Shown: positions 24,175 to 35,901 of the stretch, piece by piece | Layout of the letters: each line of letters starts with the position of its first letter | Position numbering within the stretch: position 1 is the first letter of the stretch | Source of the DNA: Vicugna vicugna | Lineage: Eukaryota | Direction of reading: 5' to 3' | DNA: 64,000 nt | Assembly: GCA_013265495.1 (NCBI GenBank) | Contig: MU058252.1 | Span: 622,001 to 686,000 of the forward strand | The notes under the pieces: generated by a model | What the model saw: the letters and a program-made list of their open reading frames with translations, nothing else | The model's database searches: none | What the model was told of the DNA's origin: nothing | Program-made: the position numbers and the translations under genes

Positions 24175-24590
24175 TTCCCTCTGCATGAGGTTGGCCTGTA
24201 ATTTTTCTTTGTCATGTTGGCCTTCTCTGATTTGGGCATCAAGTTATGCTGGTTTCATAAAATATAAAGGGGAACTGTCTATTTCTATTCTATTTCTATT
24301 GTTCCCAGGAGGTTTTGGTAAAACTGGCTTTTAAAAACGTGTAGGCCTAAGTGCTTTTTATTAGATTTTTGACTACGGATTCAATTTCTTTAACAGTTAT
24401 AGTTCTGTTTGGGCATTCTATTTGTCTTGAGTCACTATTGGTAATTTATACTCTTCCGTTCTATTGACTATCCATCTAAAATTTTCAGATTTACTGGCAT
24501 ACAGATGTTCATAGTGTCTGTTCAAAAATTTAAAATCTGTTTTATCTCCCGTTATATCCTCTTTCCACTGCTAACGTTCCAATATGCGCT
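24175..24590 (-). mobile_element. Old L1 ORF2 fragment
   Basis: T-rich reversed L1 motifs: TTGGCCTGTAATTTTTCTTT...TCAAGTTATGCTGGTTTCATAAAAT...GATTCAATTTCTTTAACAGTTATAG. Confidence 0.7.
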
Positions 24591-24989
24591 TATGGAACGC
24601 TCGCACGTGGCTCTGTCCCTTCTGTGTGTGTTGAATCTGAGTCCCCCTCCTCCTGTTGGCTCCTCTCTCTAACCTGCATCCCCAGGAGTGCCCTTATCTG
24701 AGAGGGGGCCAGTCTCTGGCACTGGTGGGCAGGGGGCCCTTTCCTGGCTTCCCAAGATTGGAGTGTGTCTCTCTTATGGGAAGAGTTGGTGCCACCCAGT
24801 TTCCCTCGGTCCATAGCATCTGCCAGGCATGGTGCGGGGGTGAAGAAGTTCAAGCGGTGATCACATACTCTCCTTCCTCCATGGTTCCTTCTGTTTCCTT
24901 GGCCTCCTTCACCTTATCTGAGAAAAGGAAGCTGAGGCGCCCATCTGTGTAATCTGTCCCAAACGGAGCTTTCACCGGGCTTCTCCCCT

Positions 24990-25800
24990 ACTCGGGAACC
25001 TTCCGCCCAGGCGGCTCACTACAGTGCACAGCAAGGATGGAACTGCACTCCCCTGAGAGGCCAGACACAGCTCCGGGCGCCTGGGGACTGACACTTTCGG
25101 CACCTCGAGAGGGGGTGGGGAGCCCACCGGCCAGGCACCAATGGCGCCTCAGGAGGGGTGACACGTGAGCTATTGGTGGCTAGTCACCGTCGGATGCTGG
25201 TGGCAGGGCGGGCGGGGAGGCTGAGAGGAAGATGCAGCCCCGCGGCTGCACTGACAGCCCGGACCTGTGGGAAGGGAGGAAGGGCCTCCCATCCCGGCGC
25301 CTCGGATCCACCGAGCGCCTTTTCCCGGAGCCGTGGCGCATGCGCGTGGACTTGGGGCCCGGGACACCTGTCACCCCACCTTCCTTGCGGAGCTTTGAGA
25401 CGTTAATACGCGGAGCACCGGACGGAGAGGACCCCAAGCACCCCTCCCTTTCCTTTCAGATCTCCTTTCACCTGGAAAACCCGGGAAGGAATCACGGAAG
25501 GTGAGAGAAGAAACCACGCAGAGGCTACTAGGTCACTAGTGTGAGGACCGCGAGCGCCGCGCTGGGCGCCGCGGGGCGCCGACCTGCACTGCAGCGTCAC
25601 TGGTCCCCGTAGACAGGGGCGGGGCCTCGGGAACCAACATCCCGTACAGGCTGCAGCGGGTCAAGAACGTAGAAAAAGATGTCCGTGCCTTCCTCGGACT
25701 CTAGGGGGCGACAGAGCAAACCCGCCGGCGGACCCCAGGCTCCAGCCTCGGCTGCTCTCACGAGTTAACAGCCAGGTCGTGGCACCCGGACATACGGGCA
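24990..25800. promoter_or_regulatory. Intergenic CpG island with promoter-type motifs
   Basis: High CpG density. Motifs: CCAAT 25138-25142, CACGTG 25162-25167, ATTGG 25172-25176, NRF1 palindrome GCGCATGCGC 25336-25345, GC box GGGGCGGGGC 25616-25625. Confidence 0.7.
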
Positions 25801-26449
25801 GCACTTTAAACAGATGTGTAATTTGGGGGTAAATCACATGGAAAACTGGCCGAAGATGCTACCTAGTTAAGAAAAATGGTTGGGAAAAACCACCTCAAAA
25901 TTTTAAACATTTTTGTCTAAAAATTGGGAAATTTTAATTTTTAGTGAAACGCTTGAATCCAGCTCAAAAAACATGCATAAGTGGAAACAACCAATTGAGT
26001 TCAAAAGTTTCTTCATTTTGCATATGGAAAAAAGGGTGAATCCAGAGATGTGGATTATCAACATAGTGGGAGAGCCAGGGCAGGAAAGAGGGTCCCCCAT
26101 CCTCCACAGCAGTCAGCCTAACTTCGTTTTTTCTTTATCGGGGCTGCATCTTCCCCAGCGGGTTATATGATCAAGGCAGTGTGGCCCCGATTGGGCAGCG
26201 CCGGCATCAACCTGCCCTCCTCAGAAATGCAAAATCTAGGTCTCTACCCGTGACCGACTGAGTCTGAATCTGAGTTAAGCAGCCCCACCCCCACCCTGAG
26301 ATGGCAGTGCTGCTCAGCCATCGTATATGTGTACACGTGTGTGCGCACTCACGTGTATGTGAACCGTCTGGGGACAATGGCCTACTCTTAGAAGGCTTGT
26401 ATTCTAATCTCGTTTCTCACACAAATGCTAGGTGGCCCTTGGCAGGCAT

Positions 26450-26765
26450 CACAGTCTGAATGTTTTTGTCCCCCACATTCTTGTGTTGAAATCCTAACCT
26501 TCAAGCTGATGGTGTTAGGAGGTAGGGTCTTGGGAGGTGCGAAGCTATGAGGGTGGTGCCTCACGAATGGGACTGGTACTTTATAAAGGGACCCCAGAGA
26601 GCTCCCTCGCCCCTTCTGACCATTAGGAAGCAGGCCTCACTGGAACCCAACCTGCCGGCAACTTGATCATGGATTTCCCAGCCTCTAATAGTTAGAAATA
26701 AACCTCTGTGGTCATGCGCTGCCCAGTCTGTGGTGGTCTGAGTGCGGCCTGAACGGACCAGGATA
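26450..26765 (+). mobile_element. MaLR LTR (MLT1A-like)
   Basis: CTGAATGTTTTTGTCCCCCACATTCTTGTGTTGAAATCCTAACC...CTTTATAAAGGGACCCCAGAGAGCTCCCTCGCCCCTTC...AGAAATAAA. Confidence 0.8.
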
Positions 26766-26929
26766 GCAGGTCACAACTTCTCTGAGCATCAGTTTTCTCC
26801 TCTGTAAACTTGAGAGGTTCGGCCACATGCAATTTAAGTTCCTTAAGCTCGCGATGACTAACTCGTTCTGGTTTTTCAGGGACAGTCCTAGTTTCCAAAG
26901 TGAAAGCCCGACTTTGCAGGACCCCTCAG

Positions 26930-27352
26930 GGTAACCACAAGTACCACAAATGCTGCAGCTTACAACAGCAGTATTCTCTCACAGTTCCGGAGGCTGGAAG
27001 TCCGAAAACCAGATGTTGGCAGGCTTGGCTCCTCTCTGGAGGCTCCGAGGGGCATCTGTTCCATGTTCTCCCAGCTTCTGGGCGAGGCTTGCTGACATCC
27101 CTTGGCACGGAGCTGCATTACTCCTATGTCTGCCTCTGTCTTCATATGCTGTTCTTCCTTGTGTGTCTGTCTGAGTCCACATTTCCTTTTTATAAGGACA
27201 CTAGTCATTGGATTAGGACCCACCTTACTCCAGGGTGACCTCATCTCACCTGAGTACATCTGCAAAGACCGTATTTCCAAATAAGGTCACATTCCCAGGT
27301 GCTGGGGATTGGGACAACATAGCTTTTTGGAGGACAGAATTCAAGCTATAAT
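26930..27352 (-). mobile_element. MaLR LTR (MLT1B/C-like), apparently inserted into a MER96-like hAT relic
   Basis: Reverse MLT1 motifs (TCTCACAGTTCCGGAGGCTGGAAGTCCGAAA; TACATCTGCAAAGACCGTATTTCCAAATAAGGTCACATTC). The flanks at about 26850-26930 and 27355-27395 resemble the two ends of a small hAT element. Confidence 0.75.
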
Positions 27353-27467
27353 GGCCCCTCAAGTCCTAGGCAAACCCAGGCCGCTGGTCACCCCGCACAC
27401 TCTGAAGTCCTGCAGTCATGTAACTCCCACTTATGGCCCCCCTTATTTTTAGGTATCATTGCCTACG

Positions 27468-27620
27468 TCAGCGGTTCTCAAAATGTGGTCCCTGAACCAC
27501 CAGTAGCAGCAGCCCTGGAACTTGCCAGAAATCCAGATGTCTTTGTGGAATCAGAAACTCTGGGGGCAAGGCCCCGCTGTGTGTTTCCTGAGCCCTCCAG
27601 GTGACTCCGGGGCATGAACC
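27468..27620. mobile_element. MER5A-like hAT-Charlie MITE
   Basis: CAGCGGTTCTCAAAATGTGGTCCC...GAATCAGAAACTCTGGGGG...AGCCCTCCAGGTGACTC. Confidence 0.75.
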
Positions 27621-29679
27621 GGCAGCCAGCTGATGAGCTGCCTCTGCAGGCATCGCAGGGGAGTCGGTGGCTGACTTGGAGCTGTTCCCATCGCTTTACG
27701 ACTTCACTCAACGCTCCAGTTACAGGCACAGAAAAGGCTGTGCCTCCAAATGATTTCTGCTATGGGATAAAAAGTCCACACGTCAGAGCTGAGGAATGTA
27801 ACCTTTCCAGCTGCGCCAGCTGTCAACACCAGGCTGGTCCTCTGCTTAAGCCTTTTAGGGTAAAGTTCACGCCATATCAACCTCACAGTGATGCCACATA
27901 TAAAAGTCAGAGATCACTGTGTTGATTTGCTTGGATTTTTTGTTTGATCTGATAATGATTGGAGCAGGAGGGACTAAAATGATAAACAAAACACTAGGAA
28001 GCAAGCAGCTCATGCAGAAGGCAGCTCTTCCTAGGGGAGTGGCAGCTGTGCAGGGCTGTTTTGTTTTTGGAAGTCATAAATCAAAGCTCCGTCCGGGCCT
28101 TTCTTGGGCAGCAGCAAGAAGTGGGTGAAAGGTCTTGATTGCTGAGGGCATAATATTTCCAGACTCCTTTTCTATTTCTCAAGAACATTCATACCCTCAA
28201 AAGATAAGCCAAGGCCATTTCTTAGGTTGTAACAGAACATGGGAGCTGGAGGGACCTTTTAGTATGATGACACCCTCAGAGGAAGGACCGAGGTCCCCAC
28301 TCAGAATCTGACAAACTGTCTGTCCCTGGACCAGGGTTCAACCACTGCACTGCCACAGGGTTCGATGGGGTGGGTACAGGACTGAGCTCTGTGGGTCCAG
28401 AGTGACCTTCAGTGCATCCGACATGTGAACTGTGGTGGCCCCATATTTCTTTTATTATCACGTGTTCTTGATACCTCGGGCCAGACTGGAATGAAACTGG
28501 TTTGGTTATGTTGTTTTTAGTTTGGTAAAGTTGCTTGTAGAGGTAATTTGTGATTCTTTATCTTGTCTTTTTGGATGTGCAGCCCCGGGATAACACAGCA
28601 GCTTTGCAGGAACCTGGAGTCACCAACTGTGGGAGACGCACTGTTGGAAACCTCAGGGAGCTTCAGGAAGCAGAGGAGGCCAGACCGTCAGGTGGAAGAG
28701 CTCAAGCCGGGGTCTGGGCCAGCTTGTCATCCGCAGGACAGTGGTTTGTACTTGTATACGGCTTTGGGAACAGCCAAGGTTTTCATACTTGTGGCCAATA
28801 CAACAGTCTCTGGTGAAGGGATGTTTCCGAGACACAGGAATTGAGACCAGAGGCTATGCAGGAGTTGCCCAAAGACACAGGTCTCTCTGGGATCAGGTCC
28901 CTCCTCTGCAAGTGAAGATGCTCAGTTAGCTCTCAATGTCTTTGCATTCTTAACTCCAGAGCAGACTTTTCCAGGTCATTCAGGAAGCTTTCAAAGGTAC
29001 AGAAAGGTAGTTAAGGATGGGTAACACAACAATTTTACTCAATGTAAAGTTTTTCTACTTAATGTAAAACTCTCCCCTCTTGAGGAGGTGCAGGAGAAGA
29101 GTGGTTCTGGAATTTTCTGAGGAATGCTTCTGAAGGGCTCCTGGTTTCCTGCTGGCACGGCCATCGTGGCAGCCTTTGTTAATCTGCATGACAGTCTTGG
29201 TCAAGTGGAGTAAACACGGCAGGCAGTCGGGGGCCTCCTGCAAGGGCCACCCCTCCCGGACACGCTCTACACGTCGCAGGCAGCAGGGACGAGGCTCTGG
29301 GCGGGAACATGCGTGCCTCTCAGATGTGATCGCAGCCCGCAAGCGCGAGATGTTTTCTTGGAAGTCCAGAGCTCTCCAAGAACTGTTAAACCTTGTGTCT
29401 GTTCAGACGGTCATCTGAAGGGCAGGGGCATATTCTGGGTCATGAGCACTGCTGCCATCTCAGTCTGCAGCTGGCTGTGCTAGCGATGGCGGGGCCAACC
29501 AGGTAGTAGCGTCCTTCCCTGGTTATGAGCGCGTAAGGACTCGACCCAAGATGCAAGTAACGTCCATCCCAGTGCACGGTACGAACGGCGAGGAATTTCA
29601 CCCACACGGCAGCACAGGCCCAACTCCAAGGACTGTGTCTAGAAGGCAGCTCGTGAAGGGCTCTTCTACTCCATTCTAC

Positions 29680-30130
29680 AGACAAGCAGCTACTGCGCAG
29701 GCCCTGGGAGATGCCTGCAAGTGAGAACACTGACAAAAATCGTCCAAAAATACTAACTTTTTCATAGGCTTGGAGAGTAAAGGCTTGCACCAAGCAGGGG
29801 TGTTTAAGGAAAACCGCTGCATCGCAGCACAATGAGCTTTGTGGCACTGTCGCCTGCCCTACTGCCAGACCCCTCCTTAGAGCTGCAGGGTCAGGAAGGG
29901 GCTGGCACTTCCTCAGCCCCGCAGAGGACCATCAGTCTGCCCCGCCTGGCAGGGCCCTGGAAAATCCCACCCGCGAGGCTTGTCCTTATTTGACCTGCCT
30001 TTTCTCTGGGGGGTGTTTGTCATAAACCATCAGTGGCAACTTATTAGACATTGGGCAACAACAAACTAACAAAAAAGCCTTTCTTTTGTAACAAGAAAAG
30101 CTAGAAAATGAGATGCCCAAGAGGCCCTAA
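29680..30130 (+). mobile_element. Old L1M 5' UTR fragment
   Basis: AAAATCGTCCAAAAATACTAACTTTTTC...AAAGGCTTGCA...GAGCTTTGTGGC...CCTTATTTGACCTG resembles L1M 5' ends. Confidence 0.55.
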
Positions 30131-30139
30131 GGAGGCACA

Positions 30140-30900
30140 ATCATCATGAAAGGACTTTAAACAAGGAGGTAACATAAAACAATTTATGTTTGGAACAAGT
30201 TGACTTGGGCTCTAACGTAAAGGGTTTGGACAGTGTGTTGTTAGAAGAGACCAGAATGCAGTGGAGGTGGAGAAGAGTGGGCACAATGTAAGGTTTTTGA
30301 AGGCAGGGCCTTAGGATTTGCTGATGGATAGGATGGGAGGGGATATGGAGGAAGAGGTAAGGATGGTTCTCCAAATCCTAACTTCAGTATCTAGTGGATG
30401 ATGGTGCCATTTTGAAACAGGGTCTAGGGGAGACCACATTTTTAGTGAAAACCAAGAATTCAGTCTTGGGCATAACACATTTGAGATGCCTACGAGGTAT
30501 CTAAGACAAGGTAAGCCCGGCGCCCACAGGGGTCAGGGTGGCAGAAAGGAATTTTGGTTTTTGGGAAACACGGTAGTGAAGGCTATGTGCCTGGATGAAA
30601 TCAGGGAAAGGGAGAAGGAAAAAGGGTCCACTGAGAGGCTAATGTAGGAGGAAACAGCAAAGGAGACTAGGGCAGCAACGGTGAGCTGGGAGGGAAACCA
30701 GAGGCGGAAACAGAAGACTTCCAAAGAGAAGTCACCAACTGTGTGCAGTGCTGCTGGAGGGTCAAGAAAGAGACCAGGAAATACCTACTGGATTTGGTGA
30801 CAAGGAGGTGATGGGCAGTTTAGGCCAGAACACCATCAGTGACACGGCAGCAGGCAGGGGGGAGACACTGCAGACCAGAGAGGGTTGAGTGAACAATGTC
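30140..30900 (-). mobile_element. L2 LINE fragment
   Basis: Reverse L2 motifs: GGATTTGCTGATGGAT, AAGAATTCAGTCTTGGGCAT...TTTGAGATGCCT, ACTGGATTTGG. Confidence 0.7.
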
Positions 30901-32319
30901 GTTTTAGCAAAATTCCATCACATTAATTTTAATTTTTAATGTGACTTTATAGTTTGTGTTTATCATGAATTGCAAAACAGCTCTGGATATATACCTAGTT
31001 TTGTATGAACACTTACTGTCCTTCAATGCATCTAAGACTGCATTTATGTCCCACTAAGAACAATGCTCAAATGTAGGGAAGAGTCTTACTTAGGAGTGAT
31101 GAAATACAGTGTAACAAAATCCAAGTCCAACCTGGCAGTTGTAAGAACTTCTTCAGAAGCTCAGGTAACACATCATTAGCAGAGCTAACGATACAATATA
31201 ATTTTGCTTTGTAACTGATTTTTTAATGAAAAATTGTTTTTAGAATATCCCAGTATTTTGGATCTTTTAAGTACTTTTGTGTCATCATTCCAGGATGAAA
31301 TTTGAGCCTTAGAAGACCCTATGAAATATTCACTTTTTAAATAAAAATAAATTTGGACAATATAGCATCATCACTTGTTACCAGGGTTTATCCTTAGGCC
31401 TAATATTATGGGTTAGTACTCACTGAATGAGACCACAGCAAATCTGGATCCAGTTCATCCAGGCAACTTCTTCATCTGAAAAGTTATTTTTGTATAAATG
31501 GAAGCTCTGAGCAGCACATTCATACTGGCAACTGAAGTTCAGCTCTTCACGGAGCGTCCTCTAGGCCTGGCTCTCCTGTTTGGAAGGGGTGGTGCTCTGT
31601 TATACAGTGCAGTGCATCCGTCCATTCAGATATTTTCTGAGCACCTACTGTGCGCTGGACACTGTTCTCAGTGCCACGAACACAACAGAACTCTGCACTC
31701 TGGAGAGTTATGTCTGACCTTGACCCTTGAATACCACAGGGTCAGTTCTGCTTCCCAGTGTGGTGATCCCATCCACAAAACGGTTGATTTGATTGTATGT
31801 GTTCCGAGTGTGGTGTTGCAGCTGGACTCTCAGTGACGGGGAGCACGTTACCTCGGCGTGGTGGTGGGTGGCAGCAGCAGTACCTGTTCTGGTGTTTCAT
31901 GTCCCCCCATGTAGCGGGTGCCGCCCTATTTACAGATGAGGAAACTGCCTTAGAGGTGTCAGCAGTGTTCGGTAACCACCTGCCTGGCAACTAGCAACAA
32001 GCAAGAGGGTGACGAAGGATCTAAGGAAGCCCACAGCCCTACCTGCACAAAACACTCCAGCCATGGTGGGGGCCTCTGAGGGTGGAGGGGAGCAACTCCG
32101 CTCACAGACCCCCAAGACCAATCAGCTTTAGCTGACAGAGACCCGCCCACCCCAATCCAGGCACACCACCCCCAAAGTCCACCGCTGTCTGCTGGGCCCC
32201 ACTCGCCTGCCTGCGGCTACATCCTCCACCAGCTCCTGGAATCCAATCTTGCAGGCGGGGCAAGCAGCCTTCGGGAGGACAGGTTTCTTCTTTAAAAGCC
32301 ACACTGAGTAGCACCAGGG

Positions 32320-32742
32320 TTAAGGTTTGCAGCTGTTTTATTTACAAGTATACATTTAACACAATGAAATAAACACTGATATATGAAGCCTAGTTAATAG
32401 TAGTGTAACAATATGCATCATTTTGATGATTACATTATTTTAAACAACAAACTACACTGAAAAATTAATGCGATAAAATTCTTGGTCATAATATTATTAA
32501 GAAATACAATATATAAATTGAAAATATGATTGCTTAAAATTTGAAAATGGAAGTGAACTCATTTGGACAGAGTCAGAGTTTAACATAATCTGAAAGGGGC
32601 GGGTGGGGGAGAAGCTCTGACCCAAATGAAATCTTTCAGGTTAACAGAAGAAAAATGAAGCAGAGTTTGTCTTAAAGGGTAATGGGCAGTTTGCTTCCTC
32701 AGGTGGGATGGATCCCCAGTGTCCTCAGGTTCTGCAGTAGAA
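32320..32742 (-). other. RHEB: RHEB 3' UTR (to the proximal poly(A) site; 3' end approximate)
   Basis: AU-rich, repeat-free sequence between the TGA stop and the AATAAA at 32337-32342. Confidence 0.75.
32337..32342 (-). terminator. RHEB: RHEB polyadenylation signal AATAAA
   Basis: TGTAAATAAAA on the minus strand about 400 nt after the stop codon. Confidence 0.75.
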
Positions 32743-32835
32743 TCACATCACTGAGCAGGAAGACTTCCCTTGTGAAGCGGCCCCATCAATTTTTTCTGCC
32801 TCCAAAATTATCCTTCTAAAAACATCAACAGCAGT
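32743..32835 (-). CDS. RHEB: Rheb exon 8, coding part (CAAX box, stop codon)
   Basis: TTTCTCAG acceptor; 93 nt encoding TAVDVFRRIILEAEKIDGAASQGKSSCSVM then TGA. CSVM is the farnesylation motif. Confidence 0.97.
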   Translation of the reverse strand, partial: TAVDVFRRIILEAEKIDGAASQGKSSCSVM

Positions 32836-35800
32836 CTGAGAAACAAAGAGAAAAAGCAATTACAGTATTAATTCTGAAGGGGAGCCTGATAAACATGTTA
32901 TTGGCAGGACTGGATAAGGCCCACTGCCCCTCCTGCACGTGGAGGTTCAGGCGTGGAGACCAAAGAGGTGGCCCCAGAGCTGCAGGAGCCTGGGGTTCTG
33001 CCCTCCCCCACCTCACCCCCCACATCACTCCCAGACTCAAGACCAGCAGAACTAACCTCAAAACAAGCTTCTGATCCGTGTTCTCACTCGTCACTGCAGG
33101 CGCCCAAGGAGCCGGCATCCCTGGGCTCTGTCCACCATCTGCTGCGGTCCTCCACCCGCCCACTCAGCCCCTCATGGTGTCTCTGGATCTCCAGGGTCAT
33201 CATTACCCCCCAACCCCCAATGGTTCTCAGGCCCCTGGTGTTCTGGGACCTAAAGCAGGACCGGGTCCTTCAGGCCCCTTTCCCCCCTACTTCTTTAAAA
33301 CTCCCAGTTTTGACTCTCAGGCGGTGAGTTGATACGCATGACCCTCGAGCCTGCTGCTCCTGGCTACACACAAACCCCGAGTTGGCCTGCCTTCCGCAGC
33401 AGCATCTCTGCCTCCACCACCACTCAGGCCCCAGCCCCTCACACCCGCGACCTCCTCTCTCTTTCCTGCCTGCAGCCTCTCAGCCCCATGGACCAGCCCT
33501 TTATAAGAAGTCACTGTCATTTAGGGCAGGACGTCCTCACTCAGGCCAAATGTCAGAGCCTGTCCTTTGAATGTGGTCACTGTGATAACTGAAAAATGCT
33601 CCCGTTTCAAAAGCCTCGCAGGGCAGTGCCTGGATCTTGTCATTACCAACCCTCGTGTACCCCAATGTCAAGTACCCCGCCAAGACCCCTGCCTTCTCAC
33701 TTTCTCCCGGAACCCTGAACGCAGCCATTCTCAACCCCACAACCTGCTGCCTTGATCCAAACATGTCTTCCCTGTCCCTTAACCACTTCTTGTCCTCACT
33801 TTCCTCCTGGGCCAGCAGAGAGCCGACAACCCACCATCAGTCACCGTCCTTCAACTTCCTCCTCGGCCAACTATCCGCCTGCTCGCTGTCTGCATCCACA
33901 AGGAGACACGACCCAGGGACACATGTGCTGACTGGTCCCACTTTACCCCAGGACCCTGAATCCAAAGGGGATCCTCAGTCCCCCAGCGGCCCAACCACGT
34001 TTCCCGAGGCCAGTCACTCCCCTAGATGAAGGTTTCATGCCTCCCCCGTTCGCTGAAACGCCTAAACCCCTCCCCCGTTCCCACACTCAGAGCTGATAGC
34101 TGTGTTTTACGCTAGCTGGGAAAACAGAAGCAGCTTTCATAAGAGAACTCCACACACTCAGTCCACAAATGACCATCCGCTGGAATCTGGGCTCTTCTAC
34201 TGTGGTTCCCTCTTTCCTACAGGTACGAGCGAGGCTCGCTACATTAAGCTAAAGCAGCCCCAGGCCCACCTCTCCTGTCCAATCAAGGTCGCTGGCTTCA
34301 GCAAGCTCCCCGCTGTCTGCATTATCAATTACCTTCCTTCCCCATGATTATACAAACAAGCCATTATTTACTTCATCCTAAAAAAATGCACAGAAAACCG
34401 TGTGGAAAGACGCACGCCAAACTCTTGCAAAGAAAATACAGAGTGCCTGGAATCTGGCTTTCTACATAAATCTCAGCACTCTCCGCGATGATCTGTGTGA
34501 TCTGACTCTGTCAAGGTAACGTTCTCTCTCATCAAATTGCTGACATACAACCTGTGAGGCCGCCACAGTAAAGACAGCTGCAAACACACCCCTGACTTCA
34601 GCGACAGTCCGAGTGCAGGATTCTCACTGACTGGATAATTTTCACTACCGTGCACTCTGTTATCAACAAATCTGACTGAGCTCCACTGAGGACACTTTAT
34701 TTAAAAAATTTTGGATTTTGGTAAGCAATACAAAGCTACACTTGAAAATTTATCAATAAAAAAATTTGAACAGTTCACACAGATTGGTCTCTGATCACGT
34801 GACTACTGATGTGGGTGTCTTTTTTACTTACAAATTCTCTCTCTTCCTACTAAAGAGGCATTAGTAGTAAGCATTCTCGTGTGTATGTGGATAAGAATCA
34901 CTTACACCTCTTATATAAGGGATTAGAACTGCTAATTACTAGAGAACCTCACTAGACTTAGGATCCAATTATCTTCAGCCCATTCAAAGGCAAGGATGAT
35001 CAGGAGTCGCAAGAGACACAGCTGAGAGCCGGGAAGTATCTGGACAATTTAAGGTAATTGGTCACGATCGCTGCTTTCCAAGGATCTGCGTATATCATCA
35101 TTGTATTAACCTAATTTGGGTACAAGAATCTTTTCACCCTAAAGGATTATTTCGTGTCTACTAAGTTATCTGTTGACCTGATGAAGATGCTAAAGCAACT
35201 GAGACAGTTGGATCATCTGATCTTCAAGCCTTTCTGGCTGAAGAGGTTTGAGGCCACCCTTGCCTTCTTTTAGAGTTTTATTTATCAAAACTTAAAGAGA
35301 ATTATAGCAATCAGAATTTTTTCATTTTAACTTTAAGCCTTGAGCACAATTAATGTTTTACCTGGGCATTCAAAAAGCAGTATGTGACCTTTTAAAGGAA
35401 ACTAAAAGGTTATAGAGTGAATCTGTCTAGAACTATATTAAAAATTTTAAGGTGTAGAAAAGTGTAACATAAACTAGATGAAGAAAAAGCCTGCGTCCTG
35501 AGACCAGATAGTGTGTGTGTTAATTACACACCTTAAACAAATCATTAGAGGTCACTTTCAAAAGATAAATTCACCTGAGGCAATACGCCTTACTAAGCAA
35601 TCCCTCTTAATTACACTGGAGGAAGGGTCCATAAAGAATCTACACCGTTGAGGTCGCTGGAAGGAATAATAAACAGTAACACACACTTACAAGAGTAACA
35701 CACACACACTCACACTGGGGTTACATGAACCTATGTGAGTAGTGAAACAATACGCTGAAGATGCCCACGTGATTAAAAGTCAAATAGAACAACTATTTTA

Positions 35801-35901
35801 GGATCCTCAGATTTTCACCAAAGAGAAACAAAACAGTGAAGTTAGCAAGCAGAACCAAAGACAGCTTGGGGCCACTCAACTGCACTTCTCCACCTCAAAA
35901 G

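Noticed and set aside
34998..35105. C/D-box snoRNA-like pair (ATGATGA ... CTGA) on the minus strand of RHEB intron 7
   Set aside because: There is no convincing terminal stem and no rRNA-complementary guide that I can identify. Such short boxes occur by chance.
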